This document shows, one piece after another, positions 1 to 10,887 of a DNA stretch of 64,000 bases. The position numbers and the translations under genes were made by a program. Each line of letters starts with the position of its first letter. Position 1 is the first letter of the stretch. This DNA is from Nocardioides sp. (lineage in GTDB: Bacteria; Actinomycetota; Actinomycetes; Propionibacteriales; Nocardioidaceae): contig NZ_JASGDQ010000086.1 in the NCBI RefSeq assembly GCF_047607185.1, forward strand, positions 28,478 through 92,477. The letters run 5' to 3'. The notes below the pieces were generated by a model that was given only the letters and a program-made list of their open reading frames with translations, made no database searches and was not told where the DNA came from.

Positions 1-213
1 CCGCCGGGTGCGCATGTCGCGCGGCAGCCATTCGAGCTCATGGCCGAGCGCGAGCATGTGCTCGGCGAACACGATCTCGTCGCGCGTCATGGTCTCGCCG
101 TTGGTCTCGATGCCAAGGGCACCTTGCCGCAGCCGCCAATAGGTCGCAAAGGCAAAGCGATCGCGAGGGTCCCGCTCGTCCGGGCGGCTACCGTAGCCCG
201 ACTCGACCCTCAC
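1..213 (-). CDS. Partial hypothetical protein (N-terminal 71 codons, runs off the window start)
   Basis: GTG at 213-211 overlaps the comEC stop (GTGA overlap). Frame is open to position 1: VRVESGYGSRPDERDPRDRFAFATYWRLRQGALGIETNGETMTRDEIVFAEHMLALGHELEWLPRDMRTRR. Confidence 0.6.
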   Translation of the reverse strand, partial: MRVESGYGSRPDERDPRDRFAFATYWRLRQGALGIETNGETMTRDEIVFAEHMLALGHELEWLPRDMRTRR

Positions 214-2519
214 TGACTCACCGCGCGAACGCCGTCGGGTCCGGGGACGACGGCGAGGGAGCCGTCGCGGTCGGTGCGGTAGACGCGGGCGCCGGCAGCG
301 GCGAGCGGGTCGAGGGTGGTAGCGGCGGGGTGGCCGTAGGTGTTGCCGGCGCCGACCGAGGTCAGCGCGATGCTGGGGTGGAGCGAGAGCAGCCAGTCCT
401 CGTCCTGGAACCGGGAGCCGTGGTGAGGCACCTTCAGCACGTCGACGCGCAGGCCGGGCACGGTGGCAGCGATCCGGGCGGCGACGTCCGGCTCGATGTC
501 CCCGGTCAGCAGCAGCCGCAGGCCGCGGGTCTCGATCAGCAGCACGACCGAGCCGGCGTTCGACTCCAGCCCGTCCGGCAGGTCCGGGCGCGGCCACAGC
601 ACCTGTGCCCGCACCTCGCCGATCGAGATGGTCCGGCCGTACGGCGCCACCTCGGCAGCGAGGCCGGCGGCCGTCGCGGCGTCGTCGACCAGCCCGACGC
701 CGTACGACGGCTGCCGGATGCTGGTCGTCCACACCTCCCCCACCCGCCGACCCGAGAAGACGGCCGCGACGCCGCCGACATGATCGGCGTCGAAGTGGGT
801 GAGCACCAGCAGCGGCACCGTGGAGACGCCGAGCCGGTCGAGACAGGCGCCCATCGGGCCCGGGTCCGGGCCGGTGTCGACCACGAGCGCCGCCCCCGGC
901 CCGGTCGAGACGACCAGGCCGTCGCCCTGCCCCACGTCGCACATCACCATCGCCCAGCCGTCGGGCGGCCAGCCGCGCGACGGCAGCCGGATCACGACGA
1001 CGGCGACCATCAGCAGCGCGCAGCCGATGCCGAGGAGCGGATGGCGCAGCAGCCGGGGCCCGAGCAGCGCGATCGCCAGCACCAGGACGGTGAGCGCGAT
1101 CAGGGCGAGCTTGCCGGTCCCCCACGCGATCTCGGCGGTGGGCAGCGCCGCGCCACGGTGGGCGACGGCGATGATCCAGGCGCCGCACCACGAGGCCAGC
1201 GTGCCGGGCACCCGGCCGAGCGGGTCCCAGACCAGCCCGAGCAGGCCGGCCACGAGCCCGAGCACCGTCGCCGGGCCCACCGCCGGCTCGGCGAGCAGGT
1301 TGGCGACGACAGCCGCCAGGCTGACCTGCCCGGAGATGGCCGCGATCAGCGGGGTGCAGGCGAGCTGGGCGGCCAGCGGGACCGCGACCGCCTCGGCCAG
1401 CCAGCGCGGCAGCCAGCTCGCCAGCGCATCGCGCCAGGGCGGTCCCAGCATCAGGATGCCGGCGGTGGCGCTGACCGAGAGCGCGAAGCCGAGCGAGACT
1501 GCCAGCGAGGGATCGAGCAGCAGGAGCAGCACGACCGCCGCGCCGAGTCCGCGCAGCGCGCGGCCGCGGCCGTTGGAGCTCATGGCAACCAGCCCCACGG
1601 CGCCCATCGCCGCCGCCCTCACCACGCTCGGCTCGGTGCGCGCGAGCAGGATGAAGCCGACGATGCCGGCCGCCCCGACGAGATAGAGCCAACGGCCCCG
1701 GACGCCGCACCAGCGTGCGACGATCAGCAGGAATCCGACGACCAGCGTCAGATTGGTGCCCGACACCGCGAGAAGATGAGTCAGGCCGGTGGTCCGGAAG
1801 TCCTCCGCAAGCGGGACGGGCAACCGGCTGTCGTCGCCGTCCACCAGCGCCGGCACGAGGGCGCGGGGCTCCGCCGGCCGGTGCGCGACCGCATCCCGGA
1901 TCGCGTCCCTCACCGCGGCGGCACCGCGCCACCACAGATCGGGGCGCCGCACCACGATCGGGCCGTCACGTGGCCGCAGCGCGGCCGCCTCACCGGCCGA
2001 GCGGGCTGGCGAGAGCCGGGCGGTGAGGCGCACCGTGGCTCCCAGCGGCACCTCGGCCCAGGACCGGTCGCCGAGCACGAGCACCGGCGTCCGGAGCCTG
2101 AACCGGGTGCCGCCGGAGGAGACCGAGCGGGCGGTCAGCCGCACCATCACGGTGTCGGCGAACCCGCCGCTGATCAGGCGCGGGTCGGCGGTGACGGTGC
2201 CGGTCACCGCCACCAGGGCCCGTCGGTCGGCGAGGTCCGCAACCGGGCCGCCACCGATCTGCTCGGCTCGCAGCAGTCCGACCGCCGCGACACCGGCCAT
2301 CACCACCGCTGCGGCCACCGCCGTCAGCCGGGACGACGTGGACGCCCGTCGCAGCGCCGGAGCGAGAACGGCCGCGAGGAGCACCGCGGCGCCGACAACC
2401 ACACCCGTATGGTGTTCGGCCAGAGCCGCCACCCCGCCACCGAGCCAGGCCGCCACGCCGAGGATCGGCAGCCGGAGGTCGGCCCGGGAGTCCTGCTCAC
2501 GCCGGTCGTCCCGCCACAC
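210..2519 (-). CDS. comEC: ComEC/Rec2 competence channel with C-terminal metallo-beta-lactamase domain
   Basis: Multi-TM protein with HLLAVSGTN competence-domain motif; MBL motifs DVGQGD, THFDADH, KVPHHGS; directly downstream of comEA. Exact start uncertain. Confidence 0.93.
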   Translation of the reverse strand: MWRDDRREQDSRADLRLPILGVAAWLGGGVAALAEHHTGVVVGAAVLLAAVLAPALRRASTSSRLTAVAAAVVMAGVAAVGLLRAEQIGGGPVADLADRRALVAVTGTVTADPRLISGGFADTVMVRLTARSVSSGGTRFRLRTPVLVLGDRSWAEVPLGATVRLTARLSPARSAGEAAALRPRDGPIVVRRPDLWWRGAAAVRDAIRDAVAHRPAEPRALVPALVDGDDSRLPVPLAEDFRTTGLTHLLAVSGTNLTLVVGFLLIVARWCGVRGRWLYLVGAAGIVGFILLARTEPSVVRAAAMGAVGLVAMSSNGRGRALRGLGAAVVLLLLLDPSLAVSLGFALSVSATAGILMLGPPWRDALASWLPRWLAEAVAVPLAAQLACTPLIAAISGQVSLAAVVANLLAEPAVGPATVLGLVAGLLGLVWDPLGRVPGTLASWCGAWIIAVAHRGAALPTAEIAWGTGKLALIALTVLVLAIALLGPRLLRHPLLGIGCALLMVAVVVIRLPSRGWPPDGWAMVMCDVGQGDGLVVSTGPGAALVVDTGPDPGPMGACLDRLGVSTVPLLVLTHFDADHVGGVAAVFSGRRVGEVWTTSIRQPSYGVGLVDDAATAAGLAAEVAPYGRTISIGEVRAQVLWPRPDLPDGLESNAGSVVLLIETRGLRLLLTGDIEPDVAARIAATVPGLRVDVLKVPHHGSRFQDEDWLLSLHPSIALTSVGAGNTYGHPAATTLDPLAAAGARVYRTDRDGSLAVVPGPDGVRAVSQ

Positions 2520-2526
2520 CGCTCGC

Positions 2527-3459
2527 TCACACCGTCACGTGCGGGGCGATCTTGGCGAGAGTGGCCTCGCCGATGCCGGTGACGTCGAGAAGCTCCTCGA
2601 CAGCGGCGAACCCGCCGTGCTCGGCGCGGTAGTCGAGGATCGCCTGGGCCGTCACCGGCCCGACCTGGGGCAGGGTGTCCAGCTCCTCCGCGCTCGCCGT
2701 GTTGAGGTTGACCAGCACACCGGCGGCCGGGGTGGTGGCGCCGGGCGTCCCCGGCACGACCACCGGCGGCGAGGTAGCGCCGACGGCGATCTGCTCTCCG
2801 TCCACCAGCACTCGCGCCTGGTTGAGGCTGCCGAGGTCGACCCCGGGCTTGGCGCCACCGGCGGCGGCGAGCGCGTCCACGACCCGGGAGCCGGCGGGCA
2901 GGACGAGCACCCCGGGCCGCCTGACCTTGCCCGACACGTCGATCGTGACCGTCTGCGTCGAGGCGACCGAGGGTGTCGCCGATGCCGAGGGCGCCGGCGG
3001 GGAGTCGAGTTGGACCAGCGGCGAGGCGGCGGCGCTGCCGGCATCCGTCGATGGCGCGGCCGCGGGGATCACCGAGGCGTCGCTGCGCACCACCAGCCAG
3101 CAGGTGGTGGCGAGCGCGATCGCTACCAGGAGCGCGACCACCGCGACCTGCCACGGGCCGAGGCAGACCCGGCCGCGCAGCGTCTCCGGCAGCCGCTCGA
3201 CGAGCCAGGACCGTCGGGCCGCGTGCCTTCCGGGCACCGGCAGAGCGGGAGGGGTCTCAACGGGGTGAGTGGCCTCGACAGGCGCGAGGTCGATCACGGT
3301 GAGCTCCTCCCACCAGCGGCCGTCGGCAGCCCCCGGCGAGGTCGCCGCAGCGGGCTCGGGTGGCTCGGGCTCGGCTGCGGGCAGGGACAGCTCGGCGCGC
3401 AGCAGTTCGAGTCGCCGCGTGACCGCCTCACGGTGGGCGGAGTCAGGTCGGGTGCGCAT
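2527..3459 (-). CDS. comEA: ComEA DNA-binding protein (TM, SLBB, helix-hairpin-helix)
   Basis: IDVSGKVRRPG SLBB motif and VNLNTASAEELDTLPQVGPVTAQAILDYR HhH motif. Start placed at ATG 3459, 7 nt after a TAGCGT -10-like hexamer. Confidence 0.92.
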   Translation of the reverse strand: MRTRPDSAHREAVTRRLELLRAELSLPAAEPEPPEPAAATSPGAADGRWWEELTVIDLAPVEATHPVETPPALPVPGRHAARRSWLVERLPETLRGRVCLGPWQVAVVALLVAIALATTCWLVVRSDASVIPAAAPSTDAGSAAASPLVQLDSPPAPSASATPSVASTQTVTIDVSGKVRRPGVLVLPAGSRVVDALAAAGGAKPGVDLGSLNQARVLVDGEQIAVGATSPPVVVPGTPGATTPAAGVLVNLNTASAEELDTLPQVGPVTAQAILDYRAEHGGFAAVEELLDVTGIGEATLAKIAPHVTV

Positions 3460-3560
3460 GACGGCGACGCTAGGCACTCCCGCCGACGGTCACCGGCCCC
3501 GGCGACGGTGGCTGTGGAGAACGCTCTCGTACCGCCGGGTTGTGGAGAGAAAACGTCACA

Positions 3561-4424
3561 TCATGGGGCTGAAGTGACAGCCGGGGCGACACAGACCGCC
3601 AGCATCCCCGGCCCGACGTGGGCGCCGAGCGCAGCACCCAGCTCGCCGACCCGGATCGGCTCGGCGAGCGCGTCGCCGAGCCGCTCGGTGAGGTGGTCGG
3701 TCAGCGCCGCGGCGCGCTCCTCGCCGCGCAGATGCGCGACCGCGACCTCCACCTGCTGGTCGCCGGCCGCCTCCACGGCAAGCTCCTCCAGCCGTGCGAT
3801 CGCCCGGGCCGAGGTGCGCACTCGCTCCCGCGCCACCACCCGGCCGTCCTCGATCGCGAGCAGCGGCTTGACGGCCAGCGCCGAGCCCAGCAGGGCCGCG
3901 GCGGCTCCGATCCGGCCACCCCGACGAAGGAACTCCAAGGTGTCGACGTAGAAGTAGGAGGTCGAGGCGTTGGCCCGGTCCATTGCCGCTGCGGCCGCCT
4001 CGGACGCCGACGCCCCGGCGGCCGCAGCGGCAGCGGCGGCCTCGACGGCGAACCCCAGACACGGCCCGACCGCGAGCGTGTCGAGCGCGACCACGGGCAC
4101 CGGCGCCGTCCGTGCCGCCAGCTGGGCGGACTCGAAGGTGCCGCTCATCGCCCCCGACAGGTGCACCGAGACGATCTCGCTGGCGCCGCCGGCCGCGAGA
4201 GAGGAGTAGAGGGAGGCCAGCGCCGCTGGGGCGGGACGAGAGGTACTGACCGCCTTCCTCGCCTCCAGTGCAGCCGCGATGTCGGCCGGCGTGGTGCCTT
4301 CGGCACCGTCCTCGAACTCCTCGCCGTCGATCACCACGTGGACCGGTACGACGGTGATGCCGAGCGAGGCGGCGAGTGCCGCGGGAAGCATCGCTGTCGA
4401 GTCGGTGACGACTGCCACACCCAT
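3561..4424 (-). CDS. DegV family fatty-acid-binding protein
   Basis: VVTDSTA N-terminus, STSRP, LSGAMSGT, LRRGGRIG, HVGPG motifs; conventional position upstream of comEA-comEC. Confidence 0.93.
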   Translation of the reverse strand: MGVAVVTDSTAMLPAALAASLGITVVPVHVVIDGEEFEDGAEGTTPADIAAALEARKAVSTSRPAPAALASLYSSLAAGGASEIVSVHLSGAMSGTFESAQLAARTAPVPVVALDTLAVGPCLGFAVEAAAAAAAAGASASEAAAAAMDRANASTSYFYVDTLEFLRRGGRIGAAAALLGSALAVKPLLAIEDGRVVARERVRTSARAIARLEELAVEAAGDQQVEVAVAHLRGEERAAALTDHLTERLGDALAEPIRVGELGAALGAHVGPGMLAVCVAPAVTSAP

Positions 4425-4469
4425 GGCAGGGCACCCTACTCGCCCGCAGCCGCAGACCCCACTCGCCCG

Positions 4470-4524
4470 GTCACTGAGGGTTTGGCGGTGTTTGAGGCGG
4501 ATTGACCGCCAAACCTTCCGTGAC
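4470..4524. repeat. Intergenic imperfect palindrome (REP-like), GTCACTGAG family copy 1
   Basis: 20-bp arms GTCACTGAGGGTTTGGCGGT (4470-4489) and ACCGCCAAACCTTCCGTGAC (4505-4524), 2 mismatches, 15-nt loop. Confidence 0.8.
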
Positions 4525-4550
4525 TGCAGGAGGGGCCCGGCGGTCCTGGG

Positions 4551-5084
4551 CTACCGCGAGGAGTGACTCGCCAGCCAGGCGTCGGCCTGGGCGTGGGAGC
4601 GGAGGCGGACGACGAAGCCGGGCCGCTCGACGCAGAGCCGCTCCAGCCAGGGGTCGTACTCGTGCCGGGTGCGCCAGGCCCACCGGATGATGTGGTCGCG
4701 CTCGGTGAGGATCGCGAGCAGCGGCGGCTCGGTGTTGCCGGCCCAGAGCTCGACGCGGGCGAGCCGGCGTCGCAGCGTCCGCCGGGTGACCTGCAGCATC
4801 TTCCGCCAGGTGGGCAGGTCGAGCCACAGCATCACCTCGGCGCGGTCGATCATCAGCTGCCGGACCGCCGACCCCTGCCACTCCATCACCCACGCCTCAC
4901 CGGAGGTGAAGTCGTCGACATCGGCGACGAACGACTCCCGCACCGTCCAGCCGGGGCCGTGGTAGAGCGAGTCGGTCTCGGTGTAGGGCAGCCCGAGCCG
5001 GTCCGACGCCTTGCGGGCCAGCGTCGACTTGCCCGAGCCCGACGATCCGGCGACGAGGATCCGGCGGGGTCGGTGCACGGGCAT
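4551..5084 (-). CDS. Small P-loop NTPase (adenylate kinase / FlaR topology-modulation-like)
   Basis: ILVAGSSGSGKST Walker A followed by DSLYHGPGW. Start is ATG 5084 or GTG 5078. Confidence 0.8.
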   Translation of the reverse strand: MPVHRPRRILVAGSSGSGKSTLARKASDRLGLPYTETDSLYHGPGWTVRESFVADVDDFTSGEAWVMEWQGSAVRQLMIDRAEVMLWLDLPTWRKMLQVTRRTLRRRLARVELWAGNTEPPLLAILTERDHIIRWAWRTRHEYDPWLERLCVERPGFVVRLRSHAQADAWLASHSSR

Positions 5085-5142
5085 CGAGCCTAGGACGTCA
5101 TCCGAGTCGGTCGCCAGGGCAGCCAGCTCGGATGACGTCCGG

Positions 5143-7662
<2,520 letters not shown>

Positions 7663-7711
7663 GGCGCCCAAGCCTATCGACCGACCACCGGTATGACAGA
7701 CTTGGGCCACT

Positions 7712-7781
7712 CGCCGACCCGACGGCGAGCGCCCGCGTGAGAACCCCCCCATCTCTCGTGAGGCCTCACGTCGGGTCGGCG
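7712..7781. repeat. Intergenic inverted repeat (REP-like hairpin) between divergent leuS and thioredoxin
   Basis: Perfect 13-bp arms CGCCGACCCGACG (7712-7724) and CGTCGGGTCGGCG (7769-7781) enclosing 44 nt. Confidence 0.7.
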
Positions 7782-7810
7782 GCCCCGGCGAGGCACACAC
7801 GTCCCGGCAG

Positions 7811-7836
7811 GGAACACAACCCGCGCCCCGTGAGTT
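7811..7836 (+). promoter_or_regulatory. SigR/SigH-type thiol-stress ECF promoter
   Basis: GGAAC-N18-GTT ending 10 nt before the thioredoxin ATG; matches the known actinobacterial SigR/SigH consensus. Confidence 0.75.
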
Positions 7837-7845
7837 GGACCTGAC

Positions 7846-8208
7846 ATGGCCACCACCGACCTGACCGCCGCCACCTTCGAGCAGACCGTCCTCGACAACG
7901 AGATCGTCCTCGTCGACTTCTGGGCCTCCTGGTGCGGACCGTGCCGGAGGTTCTCGCCGATCTACGACGAGGCCTCGGGCAAGCACCCCGAGATCGTCTT
8001 CGGCAAGGTCGACACCGAGGCCGAGCAGGCGCTCGCCGGCGCCGCCAATATCACCTCGATCCCGACGCTGATGGCCTTCAAGAAGGGCCACCTCGTCTTC
8101 TCCCAGCCAGGAGCCCTCCCCGCGCCGGCGCTGCAGCAGGTGATCGACGCCGTCGTCGAGCTCGACGTCGACGCCGCCGTGGCCGAGCAGAAGGAGCAGT
8201 CCGAGTGA
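7846..8208 (+). CDS. Thioredoxin
   Basis: [12 protein letters not shown] active site and SIPT cis-Pro loop. Confidence 0.96.
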   Translation: MATTDLTAATFEQTVLDNEIVLVDFWASWCGPCRRFSPIYDEASGKHPEIVFGKVDTEAEQALAGAANITSIPTLMAFKKGHLVFSQPGALPAPALQQVIDAVVELDVDAAVAEQKEQSE

Positions 8209-9248
8209 CTCTGACTGCCCGCGCCTACGGCGCTCCCGCCCCTGCCGCGCCGCTGGTGCCGCTCTCGATCGAGCGCCGTGAGTTGCGGCCCCACGACGTG
8301 CTGATCGAGATCGAGTACGCCGGCATCTGCCACTCCGACATCCACACCGTGCGCGGCGAGTGGGGCGAGCAGCCCTATCCGGTGGTGCCGGGCCACGAGA
8401 TCGCCGGCGTCGTGGCCGAGGTCGGTGCCGAGGTGACGAGGTACGTCGTGGGCGACCGGGTCGGCGTCGGCTGCATGGTCGACTCCTGCCGCGAGTGCGC
8501 GCCCTGCCTGGCCGGCCAGCAGCAGTACTGCGAGAACGGCTTCACCGGCACCTACGCGAACACCGACAAGCGCGGCGAGGTCACCCAGGGCGGCTACTCC
8601 ACCCACATCGTGGTCACCGAGGACTTCGTGCTGCGGATCCCCGACGGCCTCGGGCTCGACGTGGCCGCGCCGCTGCTGTGCGCCGGCATCACGACGTACT
8701 CCCCGTTGCGGCACTGGAGCGCCGGGCCCGGCAAGCGGGTCGCCATCGTCGGCCTCGGCGGCCTGGGCCATATGGGCGTCAAGCTCGCCCATGCGATGGG
8801 CGCCGAGGTGACGGTGCTGTCGCAGTCGTTGAAGAAGCGCGAGGACGGCCTGCGGCTCGGCGCCGACGACTACCACGCCACCGCCGACCCGGAGACGTTC
8901 AAGGAGCTGCGCCGGTCCTTCGACCTGATCGTCAACACCGTCAGCGCGCAGATCCCGCTCGACGCCTACCTCGCCCTGCTGAAGTGGGAGGGCACGCTGG
9001 TCAGCGTCGGCCTGCCGCCGGAGCCGCTCTCCCTGCGGGCCGGGGCGCTGATCAGCAGGCGCCGCTCCTTCGCCGGGTCCAATATCGGCGGCATCGCCGA
9101 GACCCAGGAGATGCTGGACTTCTGCGCCGAGCACGGCATCGGTGCGGAGATCGAGGTCATCCCCGGCAGCTACGTCAACGAAGCCTACGAACGGGTGCTC
9201 GCCTCCGACGTGCGCTACCGCTTCGTCATCGACGTGGCCACCATCTGA
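8205..9248 (+). CDS. Zn-dependent NAD(P) alcohol dehydrogenase (cinnamyl/YahK-like)
   Basis: GICHSD, GHE, CxxCxxCx7C structural Zn site, GLGGLG. GTG start overlaps the thioredoxin stop (GTGA). Confidence 0.94.
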   Translation: MTLTARAYGAPAPAAPLVPLSIERRELRPHDVLIEIEYAGICHSDIHTVRGEWGEQPYPVVPGHEIAGVVAEVGAEVTRYVVGDRVGVGCMVDSCRECAPCLAGQQQYCENGFTGTYANTDKRGEVTQGGYSTHIVVTEDFVLRIPDGLGLDVAAPLLCAGITTYSPLRHWSAGPGKRVAIVGLGGLGHMGVKLAHAMGAEVTVLSQSLKKREDGLRLGADDYHATADPETFKELRRSFDLIVNTVSAQIPLDAYLALLKWEGTLVSVGLPPEPLSLRAGALISRRRSFAGSNIGGIAETQEMLDFCAEHGIGAEIEVIPGSYVNEAYERVLASDVRYRFVIDVATI

Positions 9249-9258
9249 GCGCCTCCGC

Positions 9259-9287
9259 TTGACGTCATATTCGAACAGGCGTACGAT
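9259..9287 (+). promoter_or_regulatory. SigA-type promoter overlapped by an actinobacterial LexA (SOS) box
   Basis: TTGACG (9259-64), 17-nt spacer, TACGAT (9282-87). TCGAACAGGCGTACGA (9271-9286) is one mismatch from TCGAAC-N4-GTTCGA. Confidence 0.85.
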
Positions 9288-9436
9288 CGTCGAAGGTGGT
9301 TCATCTGAGGTGGCGGGACCTGCGGGCCCGTCGAAAGACGTCCGTCAGTCGCGAGGGTAGGTAATAGTCCGGGTGCCGGGCCTCCAGGAGCGGCGCAGAG
9401 GTGTTGTTGCTGCGTGCTTGGAGGAGGTGTCTGCTC

Positions 9437-10693
9437 GTGTCCCATCCGATCTTGGCGTGTGCCGAGGCGGTGGCTGCGGCGCTAGGGAACGTGGCAGACG
9501 TGAACCCGACCTTCATGAGCACCAGTGAGAAGGCCACCGCGCTGACCCGGCTGGCGGCACTCAAGTCCCAGATGACCGAGCTCGAGCTGCGGGTCCTCGC
9601 CGCCGCGGCCGATGTCGCCGAGACCACCGCCGCCCGTGACGTGGGCGTGTGGCTGCACGCCCACACCCACAGCCGGCCCGAGGACGCCCGGGCCGACCTC
9701 GCCCTCGCGATAGCCCTCGACCGCGACCACCACGCCGTAGCCGCCGCGATCCGCCAAGGCGCCTGCAACCCCGCCCAAGCGCGAGTGATCGTGGACTGCC
9801 TCGACGACCTGCCCGGCCAGGTCGACACCGAGACCCGCACCCACGCCGAGGAGGCACTGGTCGACTACGCGACCCGCTTCGACCCCCACCAGCTCCGCCG
9901 CCTGGGCCGCCATATCCTCGACGTCATCGCCCCCGAGGTCGCCGAGCAGGTCGAAGCCGACCGGCTCCAAGACGAAGAGGCCCACGCCCGCACCCGGACC
10001 CGGCTCACCCTCCGGCCCCTCGGCGACGGCACCACCCAGATCACCGGCCTACTCCCCGACCCCATCGCCCACCGACTCGCCACCTACCTCCACGCCTACA
10101 CCAACCCCCGCAAGGGATTCGGCCAGACCGGCGATCGAGCCGGCGAGACCGACCGGGCCGGCGAGAGTCACGCCGGTCGGCTGCCCTATCCCCGCCGACT
10201 CGGCCAGGCCTTCTGCCAACTCCTGGAGACACTCGACCCCACCCGACTCCCCCTCCACGGCGGCGACGCCACCACCGTCACCATCACCATCACCCTGGAC
10301 TCCCTACGCCACGAACTCGGCCACGGCGCCATCATCGGCGGCGACACGATCTCAGCGGCCGAGGTCCGCCGCCTGGCCTGCACCGCCAACATCATCCCCC
10401 TCGTGCTCGGCGGTCACAGCGAGATCCTCGACCTCGGCCGCGCCCGCCGCGTCTTCGACAAGGCCCAACGCAAAGCCCTCCTGCTCCGAGACCAGACCTG
10501 CCGAGCCGAGGACTGCACCATCCCCGGCACCTGGTGCGAAGCCCACCACTGGGTCCCGTGGGCCAAAGGTGGATCCACCGACCTGGCCAACGCTGTCCTG
10601 CTCTGCAACCACCATCATCACCGCGCCCACGACCACACCTACGACAAGACCCGACTGCCCAACGGCGATGTCAGATTCGCCAGACGCAGATAG
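9437..10693 (+). CDS. DUF222 / HNH endonuclease (13E12 repeat family-like)
   Basis: C-terminal CRAEDC..CEAHHWVPWAKGGSTDLANAVLLCNHHHHRAH HNH motif after a helical DUF222-type region; GAGGAGG RBS before GTG 9437. Confidence 0.9.
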   Translation: MSHPILACAEAVAAALGNVADVNPTFMSTSEKATALTRLAALKSQMTELELRVLAAAADVAETTAARDVGVWLHAHTHSRPEDARADLALAIALDRDHHAVAAAIRQGACNPAQARVIVDCLDDLPGQVDTETRTHAEEALVDYATRFDPHQLRRLGRHILDVIAPEVAEQVEADRLQDEEAHARTRTRLTLRPLGDGTTQITGLLPDPIAHRLATYLHAYTNPRKGFGQTGDRAGETDRAGESHAGRLPYPRRLGQAFCQLLETLDPTRLPLHGGDATTVTITITLDSLRHELGHGAIIGGDTISAAEVRRLACTANIIPLVLGGHSEILDLGRARRVFDKAQRKALLLRDQTCRAEDCTIPGTWCEAHHWVPWAKGGSTDLANAVLLCNHHHHRAHDHTYDKTRLPNGDVRFARRR

Positions 10694-10710
10694 GTCTCCT
10701 AGAATGGGCG

Positions 10711-10808
10711 GCGAACGGGAGTAGTCCCTCGACCGGGTGTCGACATACTGGCCAGCTCGCTGGCCCGGTGCCCGGGGCCACCTATGGGTGGCTGGACGAG
10801 ACGTTCGG
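10711..10808 (+). ncRNA. yybP-ykoY manganese riboswitch
   Basis: P1 CGAACG/CGTTCG enclosing GGGAGTAG, GTCGACATAC and GACGAGAC blocks characteristic of the class; TAGAAT -10 at 10700-10705; lies directly upstream of a TMEM165/GDT1 gene. Confidence 0.82.
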
Positions 10809-10887
10809 ACAACCAGCACGCGTGCTGGCGTCCGAGCGCTCCCCCGGGATCCTTCGGACGGCAGCACGCCGAACCCGAAGGGCCACC

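Noticed and set aside
7663-7845. T-box or attenuator upstream of leuS
   Set aside because: No T-box motif or Leu-rich leader peptide; leuS appears leaderless.
9249-10699. HNH gene as a classical IS element
   Set aside because: No terminal inverted repeats, target duplication or DDE/Y1 transposase motif found by eye; mobility remains unproven.
9649-10887. 615-aa ORF appearing to extend the TMEM165 gene upstream
   Set aside because: The upstream part is an alternate frame of the HNH gene and crosses the riboswitch; the real protein starts at ATG 10888.
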